Origin: Penicillus capitatus
Taxonomy: Eukaryota; Plantae; Chlorophyta
Length of the DNA: 64,000 nt
NCBI GenBank assembly: GCA_965649825.1
Contig: OZ287694.1
Coordinates: 1,673,197-1,737,196, forward strand
Reading direction: 5' to 3'
Made by a program: the position numbers and the translations under genes. The notes under the pieces were generated by a model, which was given only the letters and a program-made list of their open reading frames with translations, did no database searches and was not told where the DNA came from. Every line of letters starts with the position of its first letter. Position 1 is the stretch's first letter. Below, piece by piece: positions 48,315 through 60,414 of the stretch.

Positions 48315-49529
48315 TTCTTTTGCTGTCGAGATGAACAGCTGCTGTGGTCAGTATCTCAAAAGACGATCAATCTGTCTTTATGATCAAGGACGTTGCTTAC
48401 GTGCCGGTGAATCCTTCAACTGAACGGAGGATGAGCACGTATTCTAGAGACGAATCTGTAAGGGGGGTTATATCAGTCGAATGCGTTTGGGCGTACCTGT
48501 TGCTCTGGCGCGCTTTCCGCATCTCCAGATCGTGCGTTGGTGCATCTTGCGTTCTCCTACGCAACGTCAGCTCGGTCACTCAACGTCACTTCAAGAAGGT
48601 TTCTCTCGCGTTAAATTGGCACCTTACCTTCTGTCTTGAGAATTTGCATATCGCATATCTCGGCGTAAGATCAAGCAAAGCTACGGAGGTCGGTTTGATG
48701 ATACTTCGTCGCGCAACAGAAAGGAGATGAACAGCAACTCAAGCTTGCCGAGTTGCTTAACGAAACCGTACCAATGGCTCACCGTTTGCGCCTTTGCCGG
48801 ACTCAGAAACTACTTTGGACATCTCCGTCGAATCAGGAAGCTTGTGGCTCTGAAGGACTTGAGCACCTCTGCTTGGTTCTGTCCCAAGACAGCTTTGTCA
48901 TTCGACGATTTGTATTCAACCCACAGACTTGCGACGAAACCTTGAACCAAGTCTGATTCTTTAGAGATCTCGATTCAGTGTGCCCTGAGAAATTAGACAT
49001 CGAAAGGCGATTGCTTTCTTTTCCATGAACACGAACGTTGTAAAACTGAAGCCGGAGCAATTGCAGAGTCGTTCAGGCACTGTACAAATATGAATTCGGA
49101 GCACTACAGGTGAAACACATCGTGTGTCACGGACTGGGTAATGGATGAAGAATAAGACGCTGCAATAATGACGAGATGGTACTAGTCTAAAACGCGGAAA
49201 GCATAAGGGTTGTTGATGAGCGCAATGGAGCTAAGGCGTGAACGTCCTTGCTTGGTGACTTCCTTGTCCAGCATCTCCGTATGCGCAGTTGCAGTGGTAA
49301 CCGATAACCTTCGTCACTTGCCAACGGACTGTGCAGTTGTCTCGGCGCATCTGGTGACAGATTCCTTCTTCTGCGCCCGGCGCCAACCGCAAAACAGAGA
49401 CCGATCGCGCAGAAACGTCCTTAAAGCTATGCATACGAAGACTGTTGGATATCAAGACCTCTGTCCTGACCGGTCTAGGACCCGCTGTCATGCACCATGC
49501 GTCAGGAATAGCTGCCCAGCCACTGCAGA

Positions 49530-49740
49530 GATGCTCCCATTTCCTCATGCCGGCAAAGCCACTTGGAGCCGAGAAAATTGCGACGTGACAGGGCAAAGAT
49601 TTTAATCTGATAAGATCCGACAGGAGCCGAGAAGGATCGAATCGAAACTGGCCCATCGGATGGGGAATGCAAAGAAGGAAGTCCGAGAGATCCGGCAAAG
49701 AATACGCAACCTCGCTGAGAAGACGCATCAGGGACCTCCT
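49530..49740 (+). pseudogene. Highly decayed TRP C-terminal fragment
   Basis: HFLMPAKPLGAEKIAT*QGKDFNLIR vs TRP-6 HFLVPANDEEGEVDNEEWQGRHMSLKR (W to TGA at 49586), followed by a coiled-coil-like stretch. Confidence 0.4.
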
Positions 49741-50107
49741 GAGAATGAACGTACATTGGCGCAGGCAGATCGAACGCAGACCCGAGTCTTTCAAGAACGC
49801 AGTGGAAAGCACGGATGGTCACTTCTGAGAGGACACATGTCGCTGCGGACGCTGACGATATAACAACTGACGTCTTATGTTGTCCATCACTCTCTCTGAA
49901 TCTACTATTCGTTGTCTCAATAAAGAGCAATCGCCATCAGTCACGGCAGAAGATTTGACGGGTAGGACGTTCGAGCATCTTCCCGCTTCTGCACAGCTGG
50001 CAGTTCGATTCTGGCTAACGCTATCGATTTTCTTGCAGCATTAAAAACCGCGTCGGATTATTACCAGACGTGGTTATTCTGCTGTCGGAGGCGCGTCTTG
50101 TGGTCCA

Positions 50108-51536
50108 ATGAATAACCAAACGATTCTGCACAGTCCGTATATCCCACTCGTTGAAGATGTCGCTCGTTCGACCATTCGTAAACTCGACCGCCGTTTTCTT
50201 CTTCTCCTTGCCAGCGTCATCTTCCTGTCGTACGTTGACCGCAGCGGCGTCGTTTACGCAGCAAACGATCTCTGTACGGACTTGAAACTGACCCACGGGG
50301 AATACGGCAACAGGGGTCAGTCTGTTCTACGTCGGCTACCTGCTGTCGGAATTGGCAGGTAACGTCATGCTTCAGCGCTTCGGCGCGCAGGCATGGATTT
50401 CGTTCATCCTTTTTGCTTGGGGCTTCATTGGTGCAGCACATGGGTTTATTCAACAGACGGCGCATTTTTATACGCTTCGCTTCCTCTCGGGCGTTGCCCA
50501 GGGGGGCGTGTTTCCAGCCGTATGGTACATCATTCCCATGTTTTACCCGCCAGAACATGTTACCAATGCATACAGTGTGATTTTCGCAGCCATGTCATTT
50601 TCGATGCCGCTTTCATCACCTCTGTTTGCTGGGCTGCTGAGCCTTGGCCCATGCGTAAACGTCAAGGGTTGGCGTTTGCTGTTTGTCGTGGGGGGCATCA
50701 TCCCAATGGTATTTGCTGTACTGGTGTACATCTGTTTGCCAGCATCTCCTCAAACGGCTCCTTTCCTGAAGACAGAGGAGAAAGAGTGGATTGCTGAGAG
50801 TCAGGGAGGTCGCCGAAACGAGTGTGACCTCTCGTACTGGGAAGCAATGAAAAGAGTCTTTTCCAATCAAACATGGAATCTGTGCACAACCGTTGCTCTG
50901 ATTGTCTTTGGCATCTGCAATGTCCTTATGTTCTGGGCAACACTCCTCATTCAAGACATGCTGTATGGAGAGGACGACGAAGATGACAAAGACGACGACA
51001 CCTGTGGCTCCAAACACGGCAATGCAGCACTGGCGATCGTTATGACAGCCATCCCTTTCCTCTTCTGTGGTGTGCTTTGTCTGTGGACACGTCGATTGGT
51101 TGTACACAATCGACCCAGAGTCGCGGCCGCCATTTTTGCCGCTGGCGGCGGGATGATGATTTCGTGGATCGGGGCACAACATATCGCAGCCGCAGTGCGA
51201 TTCCTGTTGCTAACAGGATCGATTACGGCAGGATATGTTGGCCTGTTCTATGTGACGGCAGTGGCGATCATGTCGTGCGCATCGTCGGTCCACTCCGTTG
51301 CTACTTCTCTATACAATGCAATAGCGACGATTGGCGCCATCGCGCTTCCAATCGTCTTTGGCAAACTCATAGATCTCCTGGGATCCGGCACCGCGATTTC
51401 ATTTTTCGGGGGATTTTTTCTTATCGCCACGCTTCTCGTCATAAGAGTCGAGGATCCACTTTTGAAAGAGGGTGCGGACAGACTCCAAGAAGAGCCTCCG
51501 CACACGCAGGCCTCCCCTTCATCTTCTAGCTGTTGA
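50108..51536 (+). pseudogene. ACS-family MFS transporter MFS-3 with a +1 frameshift (pseudogene or assembly error)
   Basis: GGCAACAGGGGTCAG has an extra A at 50312 vs MFS-1 GGCAACGGGGTCAG. Otherwise a full-length open frame. Confidence 0.85.
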
Positions 51537-52732
51537 ATGAAAGAGATGTCACGATTGTCATCTCACGAAACAATAAATCTGTTCGTATAACAGATCAAGG
51601 ACATTGCTTGCAGTTGGATGGATCCTCTAATCAACGGAGAATGAGCACATGTTCAAGAGGCAAGTCTGTAAGGGTGGGGTTTTAGTTGAATACCGTTCGT
51701 GTGTACGTGTTGCACTGGCGCGCTCTCCGCATCTCCAAACTGTGTCGGTGCAGCTTGCGTTCTCACCAGCATCGACAACTCGGTCACTCGACGTCTTCTG
51801 GAGATGATCATTGATGTGTGACACATTGTCACGTCACCTGGGTCCATCTTCATTGCTTGTCTACAGAATGCATCTTCACAGGACTCGCTGGCTTGTGTTG
51901 ATGTGGAATGCGTTGATTGGGATCCGCATTGTTTTCGTCAACAGACAGTCTCTCTGTCGACTGCAGTCCGTAGTCATTTCCAAAGGTCTGTAGCTGCATT
52001 GTTCATCCGTGAATGCATGGAATGGCGTAAAATGAGCATTACTGAAATGACTGTCTTGCTCGCAGATGACGTGTCCAACATGAGTTTAGACGCCTGTCTG
52101 CTTTCGACACGACTCTATGCAATGTCACTGGGACACTCTTCTGGAAGAAGTGGGTTCAAGTCGGCGTCGATTGATTATCTTCGTTGGAATGCTGCGCCGG
52201 TTTCGGACGAAGAGCACTCGCAATGAAGGTTCATCCGATCTCATCTTCACTCCGCAGTTTGTATTCGCTACACAGATCGATCCAGACAGATGCTTAGAAC
52301 ATTTTTCAGTTCAGCATGTCCTGAGGACTCGGATATCAGAAGACGACCATTTCCTTTTCCAAGGAACGAACTCCTGACAATGCAGGCGGAGCAAACGTAG
52401 ACCTCAGTCTGGCAAGAAAGCCAAGGACAGCAATGGTGGTCGCTTCTGGGAGGACACATGTCGCTGCGAGACGCTGATGATGACAACTGACGTCTAATGT
52501 TGTTCAGCGTTCTCTGAATCTGTTACTCGATTTCTCAATAGAGTGGGATCACTGTCACGTCAAAAGATTTGACGGACAAGACTATCTAATATGATCATCT
52601 CGCTTGTGTACAACAGACAATTCGATTGCAGATGGCTTGATGACGGTATCGGTTTTCGTAAATCGAAAAAACGGCATCGCGTTATTGCTAGATGAGATTA
52701 TTTTGCTGTCCGGTGGTGTGTCTTGTTATCGA

Positions 52733-54139
52733 ATGAACGACCGAGCTATTTCGCGAAAAGCGTATATCGCGCTCGGTGAGGATGTCGCCACTTCGACGAT
52801 TCGAAAACTCGACCGCCGTTTTCTGCTTCTCCTTGCCGGCGTCACTTTCCTGTCCTATGTCGACCGCAGTAACATTGGCTACGCGGCAAATGACCTCTGT
52901 CAAGAACTGAAGCTGACCCACGAAGACTACGGCAAGGGGGTCAGTCTGTTCTACGCCGGCTACTTGCTGTCGCAAGTATCAGGCAACGTCATCCTCAAAC
53001 GATTCGGAGCTCCGGCATGGATTTCTTTCATCCTTTTTGCTTGGGGCAATGTTGCTGTGGCGCTTGGGTTTATTCAGAATACCACACAGTTTTATGCTCT
53101 ACGCTTCGTTTTGGGAATTGCCGAGGGCGGCACGTTTCCAGCGATGTGGTACATTATCCCCATGTTCTACCCGCCCGAACATGTCGCCAATGCATACAGC
53201 GTGATCATCGCTTCAGTTTCATTGTCGATGCCGCTTTCGTCTCCTCTCTCTGCGGGTTTGATGAGCCTCGGCCCTTACGTGAACGTCAAGGGGTGGAGAT
53301 TGCTTTTCGTTGTCGAGGGCATCATGCCGATGCTGTACGCCGCATTGGTGTACTTCTGTTTGCCAGCTTCTCCCCAAACGGCTTCGTTTCTGGAAACAAA
53401 GGAGAAGGAGTGGGTTGCTCAGAGTCAAGGAGGTCATCAGAACGAGCACGACCTTTCGTTCTGGGAAGCAACGAAAAGAGTTGTCTCCAACGCAACGTGG
53501 AGGTTATGCGCATTTAGCTGCTTGATTATTTCTGGCGTGGGTAGCGTCCTCATGTTCTGGGCAACACTCATCATTCAAGACATGCTCTACGAAGACGACG
53601 AAGACACCGAGACGTGCGGCTCCAAACATAGCAATGCTACGCTGGCGATCATTATGACAGCCATCCCCTTTCTCGTCTCTGGATTTCTTTGCCTGTGGAC
53701 ACGTCGATTGGATGTGCGCAATCGACCCCGATTCGCTTCTGTCGTGTATGCTACTGGAGGCGTGTTGATGATCTTGTGGATCGGCACACGGCATATCGCA
53801 GTCGTGGTGCGGTTTTTGCTCTTGACAGGAGCGATAACTGCGGGGCATGTTAGCGGCTGCTATGTGTTAGCGCTGGCAATGATGTCGTGCGAAGCATCGG
53901 CGCGTTCTGTGGCCTCCTCTATACTCAACTCAGCGGCGACGATTGGGGGCATCGTGATTCCAATGATTTACGGTAGTGTGACGGATGTGCTGGGATCTGA
54001 CATATCTATTTCATTGTTTGGGGGTTTCTTTCTCGTCGCAGCTCTAATCATTATGAGAGCCAAAGATCCACTTCTGAAAAAGAACGTGGATAGAGAGGAC
54101 GAGGACTCGACCTGCTTACAGACGCCTTCGTCCCCCTAG
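52733..54139 (+). CDS. ACS-family MFS transporter, intronless (MFS-4)
   Basis: MNDRAIS start, LSYVDRSNIGY, GIAEGGTFP, KGWRLLFVVEGI. Stop TAG at 54139. Confidence 0.93.
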   Translation: MNDRAISRKAYIALGEDVATSTIRKLDRRFLLLLAGVTFLSYVDRSNIGYAANDLCQELKLTHEDYGKGVSLFYAGYLLSQVSGNVILKRFGAPAWISFILFAWGNVAVALGFIQNTTQFYALRFVLGIAEGGTFPAMWYIIPMFYPPEHVANAYSVIIASVSLSMPLSSPLSAGLMSLGPYVNVKGWRLLFVVEGIMPMLYAALVYFCLPASPQTASFLETKEKEWVAQSQGGHQNEHDLSFWEATKRVVSNATWRLCAFSCLIISGVGSVLMFWATLIIQDMLYEDDEDTETCGSKHSNATLAIIMTAIPFLVSGFLCLWTRRLDVRNRPRFASVVYATGGVLMILWIGTRHIAVVVRFLLLTGAITAGHVSGCYVLALAMMSCEASARSVASSILNSAATIGGIVIPMIYGSVTDVLGSDISISLFGGFFLVAALIIMRAKDPLLKKNVDREDEDSTCLQTPSSP

Positions 54140-55460
54140 TCTTGTTGCTGTCGAAATAAGCATTTTCGCGATTGTCAATTCTTTCAGAAGACGATAGAAC
54201 TGTCTGTAGCGAAGATTAAGGATGTAGACAGAGCGGAGTATGGGCACCTAATTCTAGAGAGTATGATCAGTGATGAGGACGATATGATTCGAATACCATT
54301 CGGGTGTGCCTGTTGTTGCTCTGGTACACTTTCCGTATTTAAGGACTGTGAACTAACTTCATCTTACTTTCTCCTCAGGGTGACTAACTCGGTCGCTTAT
54401 CGTCGATATGTGACACATATGTCACGCCACCTTGTGTCTTGTCGCCGATCGGGTGCGAGCATTGACTGTGTTCATGTCAGACCGGTCCCCTTAGCCAACG
54501 ACGGATTCGTTGTCCCGTCTTGCCGTCGGACTGAACTCATCGCGAGTCTTACGTCTTCATCGGTTGTCGATTTCGCCTGTCCGATCACCCATCTTCTAAA
54601 CATAGTTGTCGAACAGCGTCTTGCTCCTACACTGTGTGGTGTCGATGGTAGCACACATCCGTTTGGCAAGTCACACTGCTGGTGGTGGGAAGCCCTGGTC
54701 CGCATAGATGCTGTAATAAACCGTACTAGACGATTCGACGATCAAGGGCGAGACATGTTGAAGCCGTCAGTCCGAGCTTCAGCTTTGTGTCTCGCTCAGC
54801 GTCTGTAACTTGATTCTTTGTAGAGAATTGTCAAGTGCTGTACAGATTTCTGCCAGATTCTGGCTACAGCACAGTTCTACTGACTCCTTGGAAAGGTGCT
54901 GGCGAGCAATCATTGATACTCTGGTATGATCCGTTGGATGCAATACCCAAGAACCGCGTATCGTGATCTGATTACTTCATCCCGGGCGCGCCCATGACTC
55001 TCTTTGCGAAATCTGTAGAATGACGGGAGTTTCTTGCTCTCAAGGCTATCTTTAAGACATCACAGGTAAAGGTGATTCCTCTACACCGAAGAATCACAGA
55101 CAGACTTAGCTGTAAAAGAACAGACAACACGGTTGTGTTCTCTGGCAACGAAGGTGATTCTCACTTGCGTTTGCGATCCGCCCGAAAGATGTGTCGCTTG
55201 GATGTTCGATCCTTCCTTCGCCTCAGCGCTGCTCTGTAAAGTCACCAGAACGAGACACAGTGAGGGTTCATCTGTTTTTAACTCTCCATTTCCTTTCTCG
55301 TGGCTTGTCAAACGCTGTACTGAAGGCGCCGTAGGCGTGCAATCTGAATGAGAAATAAAGAGACCTTGAGGAAGAGCGGTTGTCATGCTCTGCGTCTGTC
55401 ACTGTAGAGATGAAGGACAGCTGACAGACGACTACACTGTAACAACGCGCGGGAGTCCTG

Positions 55461-55483
55461 CTAGCTTCCGGGTCACGTCAGAA
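55461..55483 (+). promoter_or_regulatory. Second copy of the conserved serpin upstream motif
   Basis: Identical to 21499-21521. Confidence 0.45.
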
Positions 55484-55621
55484 CCGGGCTACAAAAACAC
55501 CTGTCGCAGAGGTTATCCATCCTCGCAAGCCATTCGCAGCCATTCGTTCCGCGACGGAATTTTCTCCAAATTCGCCTAGGAAGAATACACTCGTGGATAT
55601 CTGCGGCAAATCGTTTTTACC

Positions 55622-56826
55622 ATGACGACGACGAATTCGGTGAACGTCTTCGGGCAGAAGCTCCTGTCGGAATGGCGACAGCAGCACGTCGACGATAACC
55701 TTATCTTCTCTCCCTTGTCTATATCCGCATGCTTCCTCCTCGCCCACAACGGCGCTCGCGGCAAAACCAAGACCGAACTGGAGACGGTCTTCAACTTTAA
55801 TGTACGTACGCTCTCCCTGCCGTACGCCTGTTGAGGACGCATATCTAGGATGAACGCGTCAGACGCGACCTCATGTCCAAACTGACAAAGTACTCCGGCG
55901 ACTCCGTCGCGAAGATGGCGAACCGCATCTACGTCAAAGAGTCTCTGATCCTCGAGGACGCCTACGTGTCGAGCATAGGGTCGGACAACATTGGATTGGC
56001 GGATTTCGTTCGATCCGCTGAAGACGCCCGCGTCCGAATCAACGCGTGGGTCAGTTCGAAAACAGCAGGGCTGATTCCGAATGTCATTCCGCCCGGAGCC
56101 TTCTCGCCCGAGACGGCCCTGGTCGCCGTCAACGCCCTCTACTTCAAGGGCAACTGGGAGACGCGTTTCCCTAAAGACGAGACAAGAGACGACATCTTCT
56201 ACGCAGTCGGTGGCAACCAGAGGGTGCCCTTCATGTCCATGTACGATAAAAGTTTTCGCGTCAAGGAGGTGGCTGCGTTGGACGCCCTTCTGTTTGCCAT
56301 GCCGTACGAGGGCGGTGCATTCACGATGTACGTCCTGCTGCCGAACAAGCGCGACGGATGGAAGACAGCAGAGCAGAGTCTCTCGGATCACATCGGCTCA
56401 CTGTTTGGCGGCGGTTTCGTCTATCGGGAAGTCGACCACCTCAAACTGCCCAAGTGGGAAATGGAACAGACGCTTGATTCGTTGAGCGGAATGCTTGTCA
56501 AGCTCGGTCTGTCGACTGCCTTCTCGTCTGGGGCGGATTTCTCAGGAATCACGCGAGATGCACCGTTGGCGATCTCCAAAGTCATTCACAAGGCCAAGAT
56601 CATTGTGGACGAAGAGGTCAGTGAGGCTTTCTGCGACGTAAGTAACGAGTGAAGTTGCTTGTAGGGTACGGAAGCGGTAGCAGTGACTTATTCTATTGAA
56701 GATGAGACATGTGCTGAAGTCCGTTATCCTCCGTATAACATCACTGTCGACCGTCCTTTTCTGTATTTCATTGTGGACGAAGCAGACAAGACCGTTCTCT
56801 TCCAAGGAACGCAGACAAATATCTGA
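55622..56826 (+). CDS. Serpin B (intracellular), 2 introns (55802-55848, 56617-56664)
   Basis: NLIFSPLSI, MANRIYV, VNALYFKGNW, HKAKIIVDEE|GTEA hinge, VDRPFLYFI..VLFQG. Same intron positions as serpin A. Confidence 0.95.
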
Positions 56827-57175
56827 AAAGGATAGAAGAACATATCGATCAGAAACCTCCTGTTGGGAGACGTTGCTGTTTTCGATGTCTCCAGATTACA
56901 ATGAATGTCACGCCGTATCATAAACCAGTCCTTTCATCAGTGGCAGATGTTTTGGTCGATAGATCGACGCTTTAATTCTCAGACATGAGCCACATTGGAG
57001 TACGACGCCCGCACCAGGACGCACGCCGATACAGAGGAAACGGCGTTTCCTTCAAAAGATTTGCTTTGACCTTGACGACACAGTCCCTTCATCACTGTTC
57101 TGCTCTCTCCAGCTCTTTGAGCGAAGAGATGCACAACAGAGGGACATAGTCCACACAAATACAAAGCAACGCTCC

Positions 57176-57277
57176 GCACTCTGGAGCTTCATTCGGAGAC
57201 AGAGGGATTGCCTACTGAGCGACGGAAGCAAAGTACATCACGTAGATCTTCGCATCACCAATGAAGCTCCAGAGTGC
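57176..57277. repeat. Perfect 18-bp inverted repeat with a 66-nt spacer
   Basis: GCACTCTGGAGCTTCATT (57176-57193) / AATGAAGCTCCAGAGTGC (57260-57277). Confidence 0.9.
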
Positions 57278-57809
57278 AGCGCGATGTAAAACCATCGGCG
57301 CAACCCTCTGAAACACGAACGGTCACAGCAGTAGCTTCTCTGCCTACGAAGTCTCAATATACCTCTACAGGATCGAGTTCGTCTTCATTCAGCATGCAGC
57401 AATGGATGGAACTCGCAGAGGTCTTGATTAACTAACGGGAGATCCGGCGACGGCATTGCGCATACGCTCCACTCAGACAACTCTCGCGTACATTACCACA
57501 ACGAACTGATTGTCCTTCGTTCGTTTCTTTCCCAGGTAATATCACTAAGGATTCGTGTGGCGGATGTTTTCGCCGTGAATAATGCAAGAAACAATGAAAT
57601 GGATGACGACAAGGTGCCCAGTGGGAAGCTCTTCCGACGTCCTAATCAGCAAAGCGAAAAATGTGATAACGCTATTGGACACTGTCAGTGACAGCTTCCC
57701 AGGGAACACACAATCTCTATGAAGGTAAAACAGAACGAGATGAAGACATCGGAGTAAGGTAGACTGGTATGTATGACAAGGATTCGTCCCGATCGAAGTT
57801 GGTTCAAGG

Positions 57810-60414
57810 TCAGGCGAGCTTCTGAAGGATCTGGTCAACAGCGGTTTTCATCTCGCCCATGGTCTCTTCCATGTTACTCATTCTGGTCGACAGTATTTTC
57901 CTCTCACCCGAGGTTTCACCCACATACTCTTTTAATTTACGCAATCTGGTCGACAGTGTTTTCATCACACCGATGCTATCTTTCACCTCTTTTATTCTGT
58001 CGAACACTGCATTCAAGTCCTCTGCTGTTTTCTGGCTCATCTCTAGACAACACGACGTCAGTTTACAGACCTTTGGCTTTGGGTAATGCGTTGACCTCCA
58101 AGCGCTTTCTCGTTCTTCCTTGCTTCAGACTTGATAGTTCTTTCGAGACTGACAAGTTTGCCATGCCACTCGTCGTCATAAGGTTCTTCTTCGATGTCTT
58201 CAGGAACTAGATAATGGAAAAACGTGCCTTTGATTTTTCCGAGTTCTGTGTTTTTCCGGCGTATTGCTGAAAACGCTGTGTCACGTATCCACGATGTGCA
58301 AAGCTCGCCGCACGGCTCAGAACGTGTACACCTGAACACGAAACAGATCCAAAGACCTTGAGCGGCACGCCAATTAACTCTGAGTATTCTTACTTGTCAA
58401 TAAATGCCCCAACCACTGCACAGTCGTACGTTGCTTGCAGTCGGTACATGGCCTGTTCTACCTTCTCCTTCGACCGAACTCTGTCGTGGGTATCGGTCAA
58501 GATGGACACCAGCAAACTCATCAGCACAATCGGTCCGATGAAGACGAAGGAATTGAACAGCAAGGCCCTCCAGATTGTGACAAAGTCACTGGAAGGGCGA
58601 AGCATCTGCAGCAGAAACAGATCGTTAAGTGGGTTATATTAAGAAATGCTTGTTCGGCTGGCAGAACTCACGTCAGTTTCAAAATTCCCGAGCCCTGTGT
58701 GGAACAGCGTCTCCAGCGCATGCGGAAAGGTGTCGAAGTTGTTTTCTTCGCCGTCTCCAAATCCACCGTCGAAGAGAACCATGAAGGCTGCAGAGTATCC
58801 AAGCATCAGCAGGAAGCCCATCATCGCAAAGGGCACGGAGTCGATCACTGCATAGCCCACCATCGAAACGAAGGGTCCCGATCGACCGAATGGTCGAAGC
58901 GTTCGAAAGAACTAACCCACAAGAAACATCGCATAACGACAGAGTGAGGATAGGACTTCTAGATAGATCTTACCACGACCCAGCAGAAGATGCATCCAAC
59001 AGATGCTGTGAATGCGGAGAAGGTGGTATGATGGTCAGTAATGCATGCGTGTGTGAAAAGCACGACGTCGATGATGAACATAACGATCCTGTATACAAAC
59101 ATCCAAGAGCAGATAAAGTATGACTACTAACTGGACTGCCTTGCCTTAGTACTGAAAAGGAACAGAAGATTCCCAACAGATTCCCAAGACACGGTAGAAT
59201 TATGAGTGCCATCACAATTGCACGTTGGATTGGTGCAGCGTCATCGTCCTGATGGCTGTACAGGATGGCAAAGATCGTAAATGCCACAGCAACCACGACA
59301 TCCAACAGGACGCCCATCAAGTAGAAGTTGCGATAGAAGCCATACAACCAGTCAACAAGGATTCTGGTCGTCGCCGACTTGGAATATTTCTTTGTCATTT
59401 CTGTCGCGCCAAAAAGATGATACTTCACAACATCGAAGTTCAATTCTCTACGCAAACGCAGTTAACTCAGTCGAACGCTGTCATAAACACACTTCAATTC
59501 AATCATGTCCCAGAAATCCGGAAGAGCGAGGCAGTAGATCTTCGCAACTGCTGTGATTTTCTGGCCTGCCGTGTCTGACAATTTCTCGCCATACTTACTA
59601 TTCTGAATCCAGAGATCCTTTGCTGCACTGCTATCCACAGCCCAGCTTTCTGGATGACGATCAATAGACATCCCAACTGGAGTCTTGCCGTTTCTGCCGA
59701 ACAGAGCCTTGGGCGCTTCAAACCTGGCGTACTCCATTGTGAACCTATCTTCGGCTAAGAATTTCTGCGCAATCTTGGGAAACTGAGAGAGGAAATCTGA
59801 CAGATGTTTCTTCAAGAGTTCGATCGTTTCTGCCACTGTGCCATATTTTCCTGCGAGTTTGTCCAGAACGAATTCGACACGAGTGTAAGATCCGTTGGCA
59901 ATTGCCCGAGACAAAAGATCGTCACTTCTGCGTTTGAATGTCACGGATACCCCATTGCTCTTTGCATAATCCAGGAGCATGTTTGCACAGTCAAGTCGGT
60001 CTCGTTCCACAGCATTCCAGAAAATCGGCACATCTTCTTCATCAACAGCATGGAAGATATGAGTCCCATGTGCGGAAATAAGTCTGTACAATTTGCGCGA
60101 CGATCAAGCCGCCAAACAAAGATGAGAAACGGTGTTTACCGTCTAGTGCTCTCTGATGTCCACTCTGTCGGAGGGTCAAGAAACCATGGTCTCGTTCCAC
60201 AGGGAACAAAGTCCGCGTAATCCTGCTGCCGAGGCGGAAACGCTCTGGGGGAATTTTCGTGTTTGACAGGCGAGAATCCTATCTCGCTAAGACGTGTTGG
60301 TTTGAACGTTTTTTCGATAGGCGAGAATTCTAACCTTGGAGGCACTCGAGGCACTCGAGGCACTTTTAATGTTCGTCGGTCGGGCTGTCGGAAAGGAAAT
60401 CTATCGTCAGACAT
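57810..60414 (-). CDS. TRP-type cation channel paralog TRP-7 (sister of TRP-4), spliced, convergent with serpin B
   Basis: MSDDRF start, PPTEWTSESTRR then intron, DVPIFWNAVERDRLDCA, GC-AG intron 59089-59144, GRSGPFVSMV, FDTFPHALETLFHTGLGNFE, MSLLVSILTDTHDRV, FHYLVP..EWHGKL, extended coiled coil, stop at 57810. Confidence 0.88.
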
